Positions 29,452 to 38,629 of a DNA stretch of 64,000 bases are shown here, piece by piece. The DNA comes from a virus, in the IMG/VR virus record IMGVR_UViG_3300030103_005357, positions 32,001 through 96,000 of that record. One strand, 5' to 3'. A model generated the notes under the pieces. It was not told the origin of the DNA. It saw nothing but the letters and a program-made list of their open reading frames with translations, and made no database searches. The translations under genes and the position numbers were made by a program. The stretch's first letter is position 1; every line of letters begins with the position of its first letter.

Positions 29452-29673
29452 ATGGAGAATCTTAAAAGAGAGTCTGGTAAGTGGGTCGTAACCTTTGGCA
29501 AATATAAAAATTGTTGTTTAAAAAAAGTTCCCACCCATTACCTTGAATGGGTTCTTAAAAATTTTAAAGATTTATCTATTAAGGAATTGAATGTTATTAG
29601 AGGGACCGTTTCAGGTAGGAAAGGACAAATTAAAAAGCACAAAAAAAATAAGACCCGTTCGTCTAATGGTTAG
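29452..29673 (+). CDS. small protein with FGKYK...VP..YLEW motif (ExoX C-terminal/DUF3820-like)
   Basis: Motif recognition; ATG at 29452. Confidence 0.5.
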   Translation: MENLKRESGKWVVTFGKYKNCCLKKVPTHYLEWVLKNFKDLSIKELNVIRGTVSGRKGQIKKHKKNKTRSSNG

Positions 29674-29726
29674 GACTCCAGATTTTCATTCTGGCAATAG
29701 GGGTTCGATCCCCCTACGGGTTGCCA
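29652..29726 (+). tRNA. tRNA-Glu(TTC)
   Basis: GACCCGT/ACGGGTT acceptor, CCAGA-TTTTCAT-TCTGG anticodon arm, encoded CCA. Confidence 0.92.
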
Positions 29727-29748
29727 ACTTTAAAAAAACTAATAAAAA

Positions 29749-30111
29749 ATGAGACTAAGTAAAGCATTATTTACACTTGTAGCCTTAGTAATTTTAATAA
29801 CACCAGCAATAGGGGAGACAAAATATACTTCAATAATGACTGGAGTATCAGTTGGCAAAGGTAGAGTTCATATCTGGGAGGTATTGACAAAAACATTTAA
29901 GGCATCTCAAATCCGTATCAAAAAAGGAGAAGAGCGTAAGCCTGTTAGATGGGCTACAATTCCGAGCTATGTGACCGTAACGTTTACATCTAAAGATAAG
30001 ACGATTACAAGAACGAAAGTAGATAAAGCACTCAACATACTGAATTTTTCAGGTACTCCATACCTTGTATGGACGGTAAAGAAAGAAGAGCAAAAAATTA
30101 ATAAAAAATAA
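29749..30111 (+). CDS. hypothetical exported protein
   Basis: N-terminal signal peptide. Confidence 0.55.
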   Translation: MRLSKALFTLVALVILITPAIGETKYTSIMTGVSVGKGRVHIWEVLTKTFKASQIRIKKGEERKPVRWATIPSYVTVTFTSKDKTITRTKVDKALNILNFSGTPYLVWTVKKEEQKINKK

Positions 30112-30112
30112 T

Positions 30113-30316
30113 ATGAATGCACATTTAAAAGCAATTAAGAAAAAGCACGAAGCTCTTGGAGATATCGCCAGAGCAGATCTAGAAACCTATTTGAATAATC
30201 AAGTAGCTATCGGAGAACATCCTGATCTGGGCGTAGAAATCGAAAAGAAAGTAGAAACTATCGCTCATCATAATGAAGTAGTTGAAACAATTAATGATCT
30301 TATTTCAGGTCATTAA
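30113..30316 (+). CDS. hypothetical phage protein
   Basis: YL...VAIGEHPD motif. Confidence 0.6.
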   Translation: MNAHLKAIKKKHEALGDIARADLETYLNNQVAIGEHPDLGVEIEKKVETIAHHNEVVETINDLISGH

Positions 30317-30325
30317 TATATTTAA

Positions 30326-30401
30326 GCGCTTGTAGCTCAGTGGTTAGAGCAGGGGTCTCATAAACCCTTGGCCGTGAGTTCAAATCTCACCGAGCGCACC
30401 A
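30326..30401 (+). tRNA. tRNA with CAT anticodon (Ile2-like or elongator Met)
   Basis: GCGCTTG/CGAGCGC acceptor, GGGGT-CTCATAA-ACCCT, encoded CCA; paired 1:72, so not an initiator. Confidence 0.9.
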
Positions 30402-30442
30402 TTTTTAATTAGATAAATTTATATACGAAGGTATAATCAATT

Positions 30443-31552
30443 ATGAAACCTGTTTCTCTTCACTGCTCTAAACAAATTGATGACCTTCTAGATGAATCTA
30501 TGACTATGGAGGCTAACGGCAAGGTGTTCGCCTCTCAAGATCATGCAGGCCCCGCTTACGTTAGGAACCCTGACTTATGGTGTAGAGATCTAGATATTAC
30601 ATGTGTGTCTCCTTGGAATAGTAGTGGTGATCATAAGAAAGCGGGAACACTAGTGACCCCAAGGCATATCATAGGTGCAGCACACTACGAGTATTCTGTG
30701 GGGACAGTGGTTAGGTTTGTAGAGAAAAACGGTTCAGTGCATGAACGAACTGTAACAGGAAAAGCTCGCCATCCCGAATGTAGACGTTACTTTCCAGACT
30801 TAACAATATATACTTTAGACAGCGACCTCCCCTCTACGATAAAACCTTGTTCTGTAATGCCTAGTAATTACAGTGAATATTTAGATAACTTTAGCAGGAT
30901 ACCTAGCCTTGGTCTTGATCAAGAAGAGAAAGCTCTCATAATAGATTGGCGAGCTGGAGGTAGGATGCAGACACCCGCAGATCCGAAAAGGCTTATTTTT
31001 CATGAGAATAAAATCAGTGGTGATAGCGGGAATCCTGCATTTTTAATATTCAAAGGTGAGCCTGTTCTTATAACTGTTTGGACATTTGGTGGTGCAGGGG
31101 CTGGGACTGCTGTAGCAGATCATATTTCAGATATTAATGGTATGATTGCTACCGCTGACACACGGGCAGGTGTATCGACAAACTATACAGTTACTGAAGC
31201 GGATTTTTCAACATACGATAACAAAGTCTTCGATGCTAAAAAACTTTTTTCTCAATTCGTTGCTGCACTTCGTAAGTTAAGACCTCGGTGGTTTAAGAAA
31301 AGTCCCGAAACCAGCGCCGAAACCAGTGCCGAAACCAGCGCCGAAACCAGTGCCGAAACGAGTGCTGAATATAGTAGCTCTGAGCCACCTTGGGATACGA
31401 GTGCTGAATGCACTTCTAGTGCGGAATGCACTAGCGCGGAATGCACTCATCCCGAATGCACTAGCGCAGACCAAGCATCTCATTCTTTCCATGTGCAAAA
31501 CTGGAATGAGACGAGTGCAGAATACACTAGCGCCGAGACCAGTGCCGAATAA
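30443..31552 (+). CDS. trypsin-like serine protease with low-complexity repeat tail
   Basis: GTLVTPRHIIGAAH (His), PDL (Asp), GDSGNP (Ser). Confidence 0.75.
   Translation: MKPVSLHCSKQIDDLLDESMTMEANGKVFASQDHAGPAYVRNPDLWCRDLDITCVSPWNSSGDHKKAGTLVTPRHIIGAAHYEYSVGTVVRFVEKNGSVHERTVTGKARHPECRRYFPDLTIYTLDSDLPSTIKPCSVMPSNYSEYLDNFSRIPSLGLDQEEKALIIDWRAGGRMQTPADPKRLIFHENKISGDSGNPAFLIFKGEPVLITVWTFGGAGAGTAVADHISDINGMIATADTRAGVSTNYTVTEADFSTYDNKVFDAKKLFSQFVAALRKLRPRWFKKSPETSAETSAETSAETSAETSAEYSSSEPPWDTSAECTSSAECTSAECTHPECTSADQASHSFHVQNWNETSAEYTSAETSAE
31307..31549 (+). repeat. 12-bp tandem repeat GAAACCAGYGCC (ETSA) x5 plus degenerate copies
   Basis: Five copies at 31307-31366, decayed copies to 31549. Confidence 0.9.
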
Positions 31553-31609
31553 AGGTAATATAAAATTATTTTAAATAATAAAAATAGTAGTAATTAATCT
31601 TTTAACTAC

Positions 31610-32224
31610 ATGGAAAGTAAAATCAACACTAATACAATTAATACATTTGCAATAATTCTATCTTGTGAAAAATATAAAGACAAAAAACTCTCCCAAGATA
31701 CCACTAGGCTTGGGGATCATATGTACTTCATAGGGAATCCTCAATTATCTTCCCCTATGATTGAAGGTGATGTTGTCTATTTACCTTGCCCAGACAATTA
31801 TGAGAGCTTACCTATTAAAACTTTAATGGCTGTTAAGTGGGCTTTTGAAAATAAAGATTTTGACTTATTGATAAAAACAGATGATGATGTTTACTTCTTA
31901 GATGGTTTTGATGAAATCGTTAATGAGGCATCTGTCCATGATTATTCTGGTTTTCTGAGAAGTGGTGGTTATATGTCTAATTGGCACTTTGGTAAATGCG
32001 AGAATCAAGAATTAAATAATTTACCTCACGCCGTTCCAGAAGTAGTATATTGTGATGGCCCATTATACTTCTTGTCTAGAAAATCTGCTGCCCATTTAGT
32101 AAATCATGGGATTAGAAGAAATTTATATATGTATGAAGATGCAGAGGTTGGAGAGTTATTAAGAAGGTCTGGAATTATTGCAAGGCAAATCCAAATTAAG
32201 TACGGGGTTTATTGGCCGAAATAA
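31610..32224 (+). CDS. GT31 galactosyltransferase-like protein
   Basis: DNYESLPIKT, KTDDDVY, G..YFLS and EDAEVG motifs. Confidence 0.8.
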   Translation: MESKINTNTINTFAIILSCEKYKDKKLSQDTTRLGDHMYFIGNPQLSSPMIEGDVVYLPCPDNYESLPIKTLMAVKWAFENKDFDLLIKTDDDVYFLDGFDEIVNEASVHDYSGFLRSGGYMSNWHFGKCENQELNNLPHAVPEVVYCDGPLYFLSRKSAAHLVNHGIRRNLYMYEDAEVGELLRRSGIIARQIQIKYGVYWPK

Positions 32225-32894
32225 TCTTGAATCACATAACGTGATACCTCAAAAATTACATCAAGTTTGGTTAGGTCATAATCACATACCTGAAGAATTT
32301 GTAAAGTTTACAAGTAACTGGAGGAAGCTGCATCCTGACTGGCAATATAAATTATGGACAGAGGAGACCATATCAAACAAACCACAAATTAAAAACTTGG
32401 TTGATAAGTGCGAGGCGTTTTCATCTAAATCAAATGTAGTTAGATTATATGCGGTTTACTTGGAGGGTGGAGTTTATGCAGACATGGACATTGATTGGTT
32501 CCGCAACTTTGATGAACTATTAAATGTTAATTCCTTTGCATCGCCCGAAACAAATAAGACTAATAAAGAATTAGGACTTAAAGATTTTCACATAAATTAC
32601 TCTAAACTATTTTGCAATGCAATTTTCGGTGCGGTTACTAAAAGTGAGTGGGTAAATTGGCAAATAAAACAATTATCTGAGATGGTATCTGAGAAGCCGC
32701 CTTGGGGTCCAACCTTAATGACCAATGCTGTTGAGGCATTTAAAAATACGAATGATTTTCAAGAATACCCATCAACGTATTTTTATCCATATTTTTGGAA
32801 TGAAGAATATACAAAGTCTGAAGATTTTAAAAATAAAAATAAAGAGTCATATGTAGTCCATCATTGGGAAAGTTCGTGGGATCAAAAAAAATAA
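32178..32894 (+). CDS. GT32 (OCH1-like) DXD glycosyltransferase
   Basis: IPQKLHQVW, HPDWQYKLW, GGVYADMD, WGP and HHWESSW. Confidence 0.85.
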   Translation: MQGKSKLSTGFIGRNNLESHNVIPQKLHQVWLGHNHIPEEFVKFTSNWRKLHPDWQYKLWTEETISNKPQIKNLVDKCEAFSSKSNVVRLYAVYLEGGVYADMDIDWFRNFDELLNVNSFASPETNKTNKELGLKDFHINYSKLFCNAIFGAVTKSEWVNWQIKQLSEMVSEKPPWGPTLMTNAVEAFKNTNDFQEYPSTYFYPYFWNEEYTKSEDFKNKNKESYVVHHWESSWDQKK

Positions 32895-33460
32895 CAATCA
32901 TGATTTTTAAAGCGCGAAATAAAATAGTACAATATTGTCCAACCCCAAAATGCGGTTGTACATCAACTAAAGTGATGATCCGCAAAGGGATAGAAGGTAT
33001 TATTGATTATCAAAATAATATTCACGCTAGATTTAGCACAAAGACATTTAAAGCGGTAGATGCGGATATTAAATTTTGTATAGTCAGAGATCCTGTGAGT
33101 AGGTTTTTGTCATGCTATACAAACAGAATTTGCCGACATCACGATATTGAATTTGTAGAACTCGATGAGTTTATTAACAATTTTCATGATAAATACTATA
33201 GATTAGATAAAAATATGCATCATCATTTTCGACCACAGGTTGATTTTATAGGCCATTGCCCTAGCTACTATAATAAAGTCTTTTATTTGCATGAAATGTC
33301 TTTAGTGTCGCAATTCTTAAGTGAAATCATGGGGAAGTCAATAAAATTAGAAAAACTAAATCCCGTTCAGGCAGAAAAACCAATCCCAACTGAAAGCCAA
33401 ATTGATTTCATAAAGTCGTTTTACGAAGATGATTATAAATTTTTGGACAAGATAAAGTAA
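32864..33460 (+). CDS. sulfotransferase family 2 protein
   Basis: PKCGCTS, VRDPVSRFLS and HFRPQ. Confidence 0.8.
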   Translation: MGKFVGSKKITIMIFKARNKIVQYCPTPKCGCTSTKVMIRKGIEGIIDYQNNIHARFSTKTFKAVDADIKFCIVRDPVSRFLSCYTNRICRHHDIEFVELDEFINNFHDKYYRLDKNMHHHFRPQVDFIGHCPSYYNKVFYLHEMSLVSQFLSEIMGKSIKLEKLNPVQAEKPIPTESQIDFIKSFYEDDYKFLDKIK

Positions 33461-33519
33461 AAATAACTAAAAGAGTCTTGGAATAATCTATAAAACGCAG
33501 TAATATAAATATAGATACG

Positions 33520-34152
33520 ATGAAATTTAAAGGAAAAACCGATATCGTTAAAGAAGTCCAAGGTAAACTTGGCCTTAAAGCTGACGGGATTGATGGCCCT
33601 GCTACATGGAAGATGATTTGGGAGAATCTAGTTCATGATGATAAAGGTGAACCAGAAAAGCCAGAGCCTCCAGCTCAAGAACTTAAAGATGATTACCCTG
33701 AAGTTTACAAAGCGTCACCAAACCAGTCTGGACCCATCAAACCTAAGTATGTGATTCTGCATCATAGCAGTGGAAGTCATGATGGGACTCGTTCATGGAT
33801 TTTAAATTCTGCGTCTAAGGTTAGTTATCACTATCTTATTGCGCCTGATGGATCTCGCACACAATTTGTTTATGATAAAAAAAGAGCTTGGCATGCTGGG
33901 AGATCTTCTTGGAAAGGTGTAAGCGGTCTAAATGGTCATAGTATCGGCATTTCTTTCTATGGGGATACCAACAAACGCACACCAAGTGCTGCTGAAATTG
34001 ATTCCGCTGCCAAGAAATGCAAATACCTTATGGATAAATTTGGTTTTGGTATTGACAATATTCTGACGCATGAGATGATTGCCCCCAACAGAAAGAATGA
34101 TACTTCTGCTGCTACCTACCAAATGGTTATTGATCGCATAAAGGATCTTTAA
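33520..34152 (+). CDS. N-acetylmuramoyl-L-alanine amidase endolysin with peptidoglycan-binding domain
   Basis: ADGIDGPAT; ILHHS, SYHY, AWHAG, SIGI, THE..AP.RK.D. Confidence 0.9.
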   Translation: MKFKGKTDIVKEVQGKLGLKADGIDGPATWKMIWENLVHDDKGEPEKPEPPAQELKDDYPEVYKASPNQSGPIKPKYVILHHSSGSHDGTRSWILNSASKVSYHYLIAPDGSRTQFVYDKKRAWHAGRSSWKGVSGLNGHSIGISFYGDTNKRTPSAAEIDSAAKKCKYLMDKFGFGIDNILTHEMIAPNRKNDTSAATYQMVIDRIKDL

Positions 34153-34227
34153 CATGAACATATACTCAATCTTCGAAGCGATAGCGCATATCATTCGTGT
34201 AATTACTGAACTCCTTAACTTTTTCAA

Positions 34228-34719
34228 ATGAGTAATTTTAAAAATTCAGAAAGCTGGAAAAGAGGGCAGAAGGTCGAAGCTTTATTTGGTTCCTGTTTAG
34301 AAAAGAGGGGCATCAAGTATCGCCCTGCGTCCAGAACAGAACAAATCAAACAGCATATTGATTTCCACACTGACGTAGGCACTGTTGATGTGAAAGCGAT
34401 GAAGAATGTTAATCGCAAGGATTATAATCCTCAACAAGATCTTGTTTGGTTAGAGTTTAAGAATGTTGGAGGTAATACAGGATGGCTGTGTTCTAATGTA
34501 GATTATATAGCTTTTGAGCGTTTACATGATTTTGTGATTGTTAATCGTCAAGCTCTCCTAGAGTTAGCTAAAAATTTATGTGATTTAGTAAATATTACTA
34601 GACAGGGCGGTATGAAAGCTTTATACAGAGGGTATCAAAGGCAGGGGCGTAAAGACATTATCTCAATGATCAAAATGAGCGACATCTTAACCTTGCCTCA
34701 TAAGTCGATTCCAAAGTAA
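34228..34719 (+). CDS. PD-(D/E)XK nuclease-like protein
   Basis: G..VE..F...HIDF...VDVK. Confidence 0.6.
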   Translation: MSNFKNSESWKRGQKVEALFGSCLEKRGIKYRPASRTEQIKQHIDFHTDVGTVDVKAMKNVNRKDYNPQQDLVWLEFKNVGGNTGWLCSNVDYIAFERLHDFVIVNRQALLELAKNLCDLVNITRQGGMKALYRGYQRQGRKDIISMIKMSDILTLPHKSIPK

Positions 34720-34722
34720 AAC

Positions 34723-35397
34723 ATGGCCCTCAAGGACGATTACCTCATAAAGAAGATAACATACCAAGATGCGATGGAAATCGTCGTGAATAAGCATTAT
34801 ATGGGTAGAAAAGGCCCATGTAGTCATGCTTTTGGTTTATTTGAGAGGGGTACATCACATGAGCAACTAGATCTTTTTGATAATAACAAAGATAAGCTTG
34901 TAGGAGTCATTACATATGGGGTTAGTGCTAGCTCTACTCTTTTAAGAGGTGTTTGCGGTGAAGAAGAAGCTAAAAATGTTTATGAACTTACCCGTTTGTG
35001 GATTGAAGATAGCACACCAAAGAATGCAGAAAGCTTTTTTATTGGTAATACTATCAAGACATTAGACAGAGAGGTCATTGTTTCTTTCTCTGAGATAGCT
35101 CAAGGGCATGTTGGAACAGTTTATCAGGCATCAAATTTCTTTTATTGTGGTCTTAGTGCTAAGTTTAGAGATCCCAAAGTAAAAGGGCTAGAGAATAAAC
35201 ATCATACAAGCTATGCTCACGGGATGAATATGGCTCAAGTCAGAGAAAAATATGGTGCGGAGAACGTCTATTATGTTGACAGACCTCGCAAACATCGTTA
35301 CGTTTTCTTTAACGCTAAGAAGAAAAGACGTAAAGAACTACTTGGTAAACTAAATTACAAAATAGAGCCTTACCCAAAAAGCCCAGATCGAGCGTGA
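34723..35397 (+). CDS. Mom-like GNAT DNA base-modification enzyme
   Basis: HY, GVITYG, ELTRLW, KNAES, GHVGTVYQASNF.Y.G and KHRY. Confidence 0.75.
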   Translation: MALKDDYLIKKITYQDAMEIVVNKHYMGRKGPCSHAFGLFERGTSHEQLDLFDNNKDKLVGVITYGVSASSTLLRGVCGEEEAKNVYELTRLWIEDSTPKNAESFFIGNTIKTLDREVIVSFSEIAQGHVGTVYQASNFFYCGLSAKFRDPKVKGLENKHHTSYAHGMNMAQVREKYGAENVYYVDRPRKHRYVFFNAKKKRRKELLGKLNYKIEPYPKSPDRA

Positions 35398-35508
35398 TTT
35401 TGCCAAATATGCAATGTGATTTTTAATCGAAACAAAATTTTAAAACTTTTGCTAAAAAAAAATACTAATCCTTCTTATTATTAAAAAATTAAAACATTTT
35501 CTTAAATT

Positions 35509-35766
35509 ATGATACACAAAATACAAGAACTTATTATTTTTTTAAGTGCCATTGCAATTGGTATTCCACTAGGGTTAATCGTAGGATTAATTTGTTGGTT
35601 TAAATTTCCTTTTCAAATCTATTGGGAGGCTCGATCTAAGTTGGCAGAGAGCAGAATCGAGAAGGCAAAACAGCTTATAGAACAATATGAAAAAGATAAT
35701 TCCAACGAGGGAATGTGGGAAAGACATATAGAAAGAATAAAATCTAAAGAAAATTATGACAACTGA
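35509..35766 (+). CDS. small membrane protein
   Basis: N-terminal TM helix. Confidence 0.5.
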   Translation: MIHKIQELIIFLSAIAIGIPLGLIVGLICWFKFPFQIYWEARSKLAESRIEKAKQLIEQYEKDNSNEGMWERHIERIKSKENYDN

Positions 35767-36097
35767 AGAGCTATTAAAACTGCATAAAGATACCTGTGAA
35801 ACTTGCAGGGATATTATGAGACAAAAAAATAACGATTATACTGGAGGGAAGACTTCGAAAGATCCTTTCGCTAATTTTAACGCTGCATCCGTCCTTGGGA
35901 TTGATCCAGTGCAAGGCTTACTGCTTAGAGTAATCGATAAGATTCAAAGGATTAGGTCTTTTACAAATGACAAGGAGTTGAAGGTATCAAATGAGAGTGT
36001 TGAAGATGCTTGTGATGACATTGTTAATTATGCAATTTTAGCAAAGGCAATGCTCATGGAACAAAGAAGTCGTATAAGCTACCCAGAATTTGAATAA
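35756..36097 (+). CDS. nucleotide-modification-associated (DUF1599/Nmad1-like) protein
   Basis: KNNDY, DPFANF, R..DK..R and ESVED...DIVNYA. Confidence 0.75.
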   Translation: MTTEELLKLHKDTCETCRDIMRQKNNDYTGGKTSKDPFANFNAASVLGIDPVQGLLLRVIDKIQRIRSFTNDKELKVSNESVEDACDDIVNYAILAKAMLMEQRSRISYPEFE

Positions 36098-36269
36098 AAA
36101 ATATTAAATATTCATTTGTTGGCACATAGCCCGTCCCCGTTTTTTTGTTTTGAGGGGGCGGGTTATTTGTTTGTAGATCCTTGCCTAAAACTCTGGCCTG
36201 AAAAATAATTCATATTTTAATCAAAAAAATGTTGACCTACCCAAACTCCAAGGTTAATCTACCTCCGTT

Positions 36270-36506
36270 ATGAGTAATACACCAAAAAGAGGTCGTGGTC
36301 GCCCCAAGGGTTCGACCAGTTTCGTCAGCATCAAACTCGCTGATCTTATCAACAATCTTGGCCCCAATGCCAATGTATCAGTCAGTAAAAAGTGGCTTGA
36401 TTCGATTGGTATCGAGATCCAAGAGTCATCTGCTCCATCTATGGTTGTCTCTTCGATCACTGATGAGCCTGAAGCTGTAGAAAACATTCAATTCCAAATC
36501 CACTAA
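36270..36506 (+). CDS. AT-hook-containing small DNA-binding protein
   Basis: KRGRGRPKGS; TTGACC-17-TAATCT promoter upstream. Confidence 0.6.
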   Translation: MSNTPKRGRGRPKGSTSFVSIKLADLINNLGPNANVSVSKKWLDSIGIEIQESSAPSMVVSSITDEPEAVENIQFQIH

Positions 36507-36509
36507 GTC

Positions 36510-37412
36510 ATGTTTGAAAAACTTGTAGGCCAGAGTGAAGTCAAGGGTCGCCTTGGCTTCTACGCCAAAGCTCACAAGGCTGGCTCTATCATTCCACCCA
36601 TCATGCTCAACGGAGCTAAAGGTTTGGGTAAGACTGAGTTCGCAAAGGAATTTGCTAGCGGAATCGAAAGAAAACTTCTTGAGATTAACTGCGGGACGAT
36701 CCGCAATGCTCAACAGTTTTTTGAACAGGTCTTCATGCCAGCTATCGCTGGAGAGGAGATTACTGTTCTTTTCGATGAGTGCCATGCCTTACCTAAAGAT
36801 TTGGTTGAAGTGTTCTTGACGGTATTCAATAGCGAGGGAGCTAAGAGTAAGCAGGTTTCTATTGGAGAAGGCTTCGCTACATTCGACTTCGTAAAGCAGA
36901 ATTTCTTGTTTGCTACTACTGAACTCCACAAGATCTTCGATCCACTTAAGGATCGCATGACTATTGTAGATTTCAAGCCTTATGTCTCCAAGGAGCTTGC
37001 TCATATCATTCAGAAGAAGATTGATTGGGTTCAGTTCGACGGGGATGTTCTTGAGCAGATCGCTGAAACGGTTCGTGGCAATGCCCGTAGCGCAATCAAA
37101 AGAGCTTTGGAAATCAAAGCATTCTGCGAGATCAATAACAATCCAAAGGTGGACGCTAAAGCTTGGCTCCAAATGAAACAAATCTTGGGTATCAAACCAC
37201 ATGGTCTAACCAACCTTGAAGTCCAGATCCTTGACGTTCTCAAATCCAACGGCCCTAGCTCTCTCCAGATGCTATCGGCTGTTACTGGGATGTCCCGCTC
37301 TGCCATCCAGCTTGATGCAGAAAACAACCTCCTTCGTAGCGGGTTCATGGAGATCGATGGTAAACGTAAGATCACAAACAAGGGGACAAAGATGTTGAAG
37401 GAGTTAGCATGA
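36510..37412 (+). CDS. ruvB: RuvB-like Holliday junction branch-migration ATPase
   Basis: LVGQ, GAKGLGKT, FDECH, ATTE...PLKDR, RGNAR and a C-terminal winged helix. Confidence 0.75.
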   Translation: MFEKLVGQSEVKGRLGFYAKAHKAGSIIPPIMLNGAKGLGKTEFAKEFASGIERKLLEINCGTIRNAQQFFEQVFMPAIAGEEITVLFDECHALPKDLVEVFLTVFNSEGAKSKQVSIGEGFATFDFVKQNFLFATTELHKIFDPLKDRMTIVDFKPYVSKELAHIIQKKIDWVQFDGDVLEQIAETVRGNARSAIKRALEIKAFCEINNNPKVDAKAWLQMKQILGIKPHGLTNLEVQILDVLKSNGPSSLQMLSAVTGMSRSAIQLDAENNLLRSGFMEIDGKRKITNKGTKMLKELA

Positions 37413-37780
37413 AGTATGTAGTATCACAATGGGGAACTGGTCTATCAGTCGGAATGATTGGTAGGCCAGAGGAGGTGGAGCAAGATAAGAACTTGGCTCA
37501 TAATATATTTGGGGCTAGATCATATGATGATGTGTTTAATGGGCGCATCAATTTCAGTAGTATTTTTTATTTTTATAAATTCTTGCTCTATAAATATGCC
37601 CTCCCATACATGTTCGAACATGGCTGCTCCCTTCGATCATCGATCAAAGCTACCAAAGCGTTCGCTAAGAACCACACCATCATCAAAGAGAACTTCATGT
37701 TTCAGATAAGCAGGTTACCAGTAGTCTACAATATAGGATTATATAATGATGGGGACTTTGGGTATGAGTATGAAGATTGA
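37409..37780 (+). CDS. hypothetical protein
   Basis: ATGA-coupled to the RuvB-like gene. Confidence 0.5.
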   Translation: MKYVVSQWGTGLSVGMIGRPEEVEQDKNLAHNIFGARSYDDVFNGRINFSSIFYFYKFLLYKYALPYMFEHGCSLRSSIKATKAFAKNHTIIKENFMFQISRLPVVYNIGLYNDGDFGYEYED

Positions 37781-38319
37781 TAGTCGGGGCTGTGATATAT
37801 AATATTGTTCATTTGTAATTACAAAATTCTTTTGTTTGTTACATATTGTAGTGTCGGACACTAAAACCACAACATATAGTATAGTTTTAGGTCCATATAC
37901 CTACTGCACCAATCCCCTCCCATCGTCGCCTATCCCCCATACCTACAACATAAACTACACAACATACTAAGTAAAGATATAAGGGAGAATAATAGAGGAA
38001 AGACTGGAGGAATGGGTGTTCAAATACTGGATGTGGATTACCCTTTTTAATTAAATAAAAATAATATAAATTCCACACACAATAGTTTTCCTTGATTCTA
38101 AAGGATTTGCGGCCCTTTTGTTTGACGTAGCTGCCGCAGTGAGGTTGGTCTTTTTACTTCGCTTCAGTAAACCCAAACAAAAAAAATTATAAAAAAAGTC
38201 AATTTCTGCACGGGGGTAAATACAAAAAGTTTTTAAAAGTTTTACCTCACTGCACCAGCCACGTTAAAAAACAATAAAAAAAGTGCAGGTCGGGTGACAT
38301 TTCGCAAATAATAGGTAGG

Positions 38320-38459
38320 CCCAGATCGAAAGAGAGCGCCCAAATAATGCAGCGCCCCGAATAAACAAAATCAAAATCAAATAATGCCCAGATCTAATCA
38401 AACGGCGTAAATAATGTGATTGCCCAGATCGAACAAAACAAACTAAATAAACCCAGATC
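38320..38459 (+). repeat. four CCCAGATC direct repeats in an A-rich non-coding region
   Basis: Copies at 38320, 38387, 38423 and 38452, interleaved with AAATAA(T). Confidence 0.7.
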
Positions 38460-38538
38460 AAATAAAACACCCCAAATAAGTGTGTGGTTAGCGGGGGCGA
38501 CCACGTTCGACGATATCCGATTGTATCCGATTATCTCT

Positions 38539-38615
38539 GTAAGTCATTGAGTAGTAGGGAGTTACGGCGATCCGCGCCAGCGTCCTCCGTAACTCGCTGA
38601 CAACCAACGAGTTAC
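38539..38615. repeat. 77-bp double-palindrome element, copy 1 (core orientation F)
   Basis: GTAAGTCATTGAGTAGTAGGGAGTTAC-GGCGATCCGCGCCAGCGTCCTCC-GTAACTCGCTGACAACCAACGAGTTAC. Confidence 0.92.
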
Positions 38616-38629
38616 GAGGATTTTATTTT

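Noticed and set aside
36254-37398. Many alternative-frame and antisense ORFs over the RuvB-like gene (also at 43402-44103 and 60694-63080)
   Set aside because: They are shadows of genes with biased codon usage and have no recognisable motifs or promoters.
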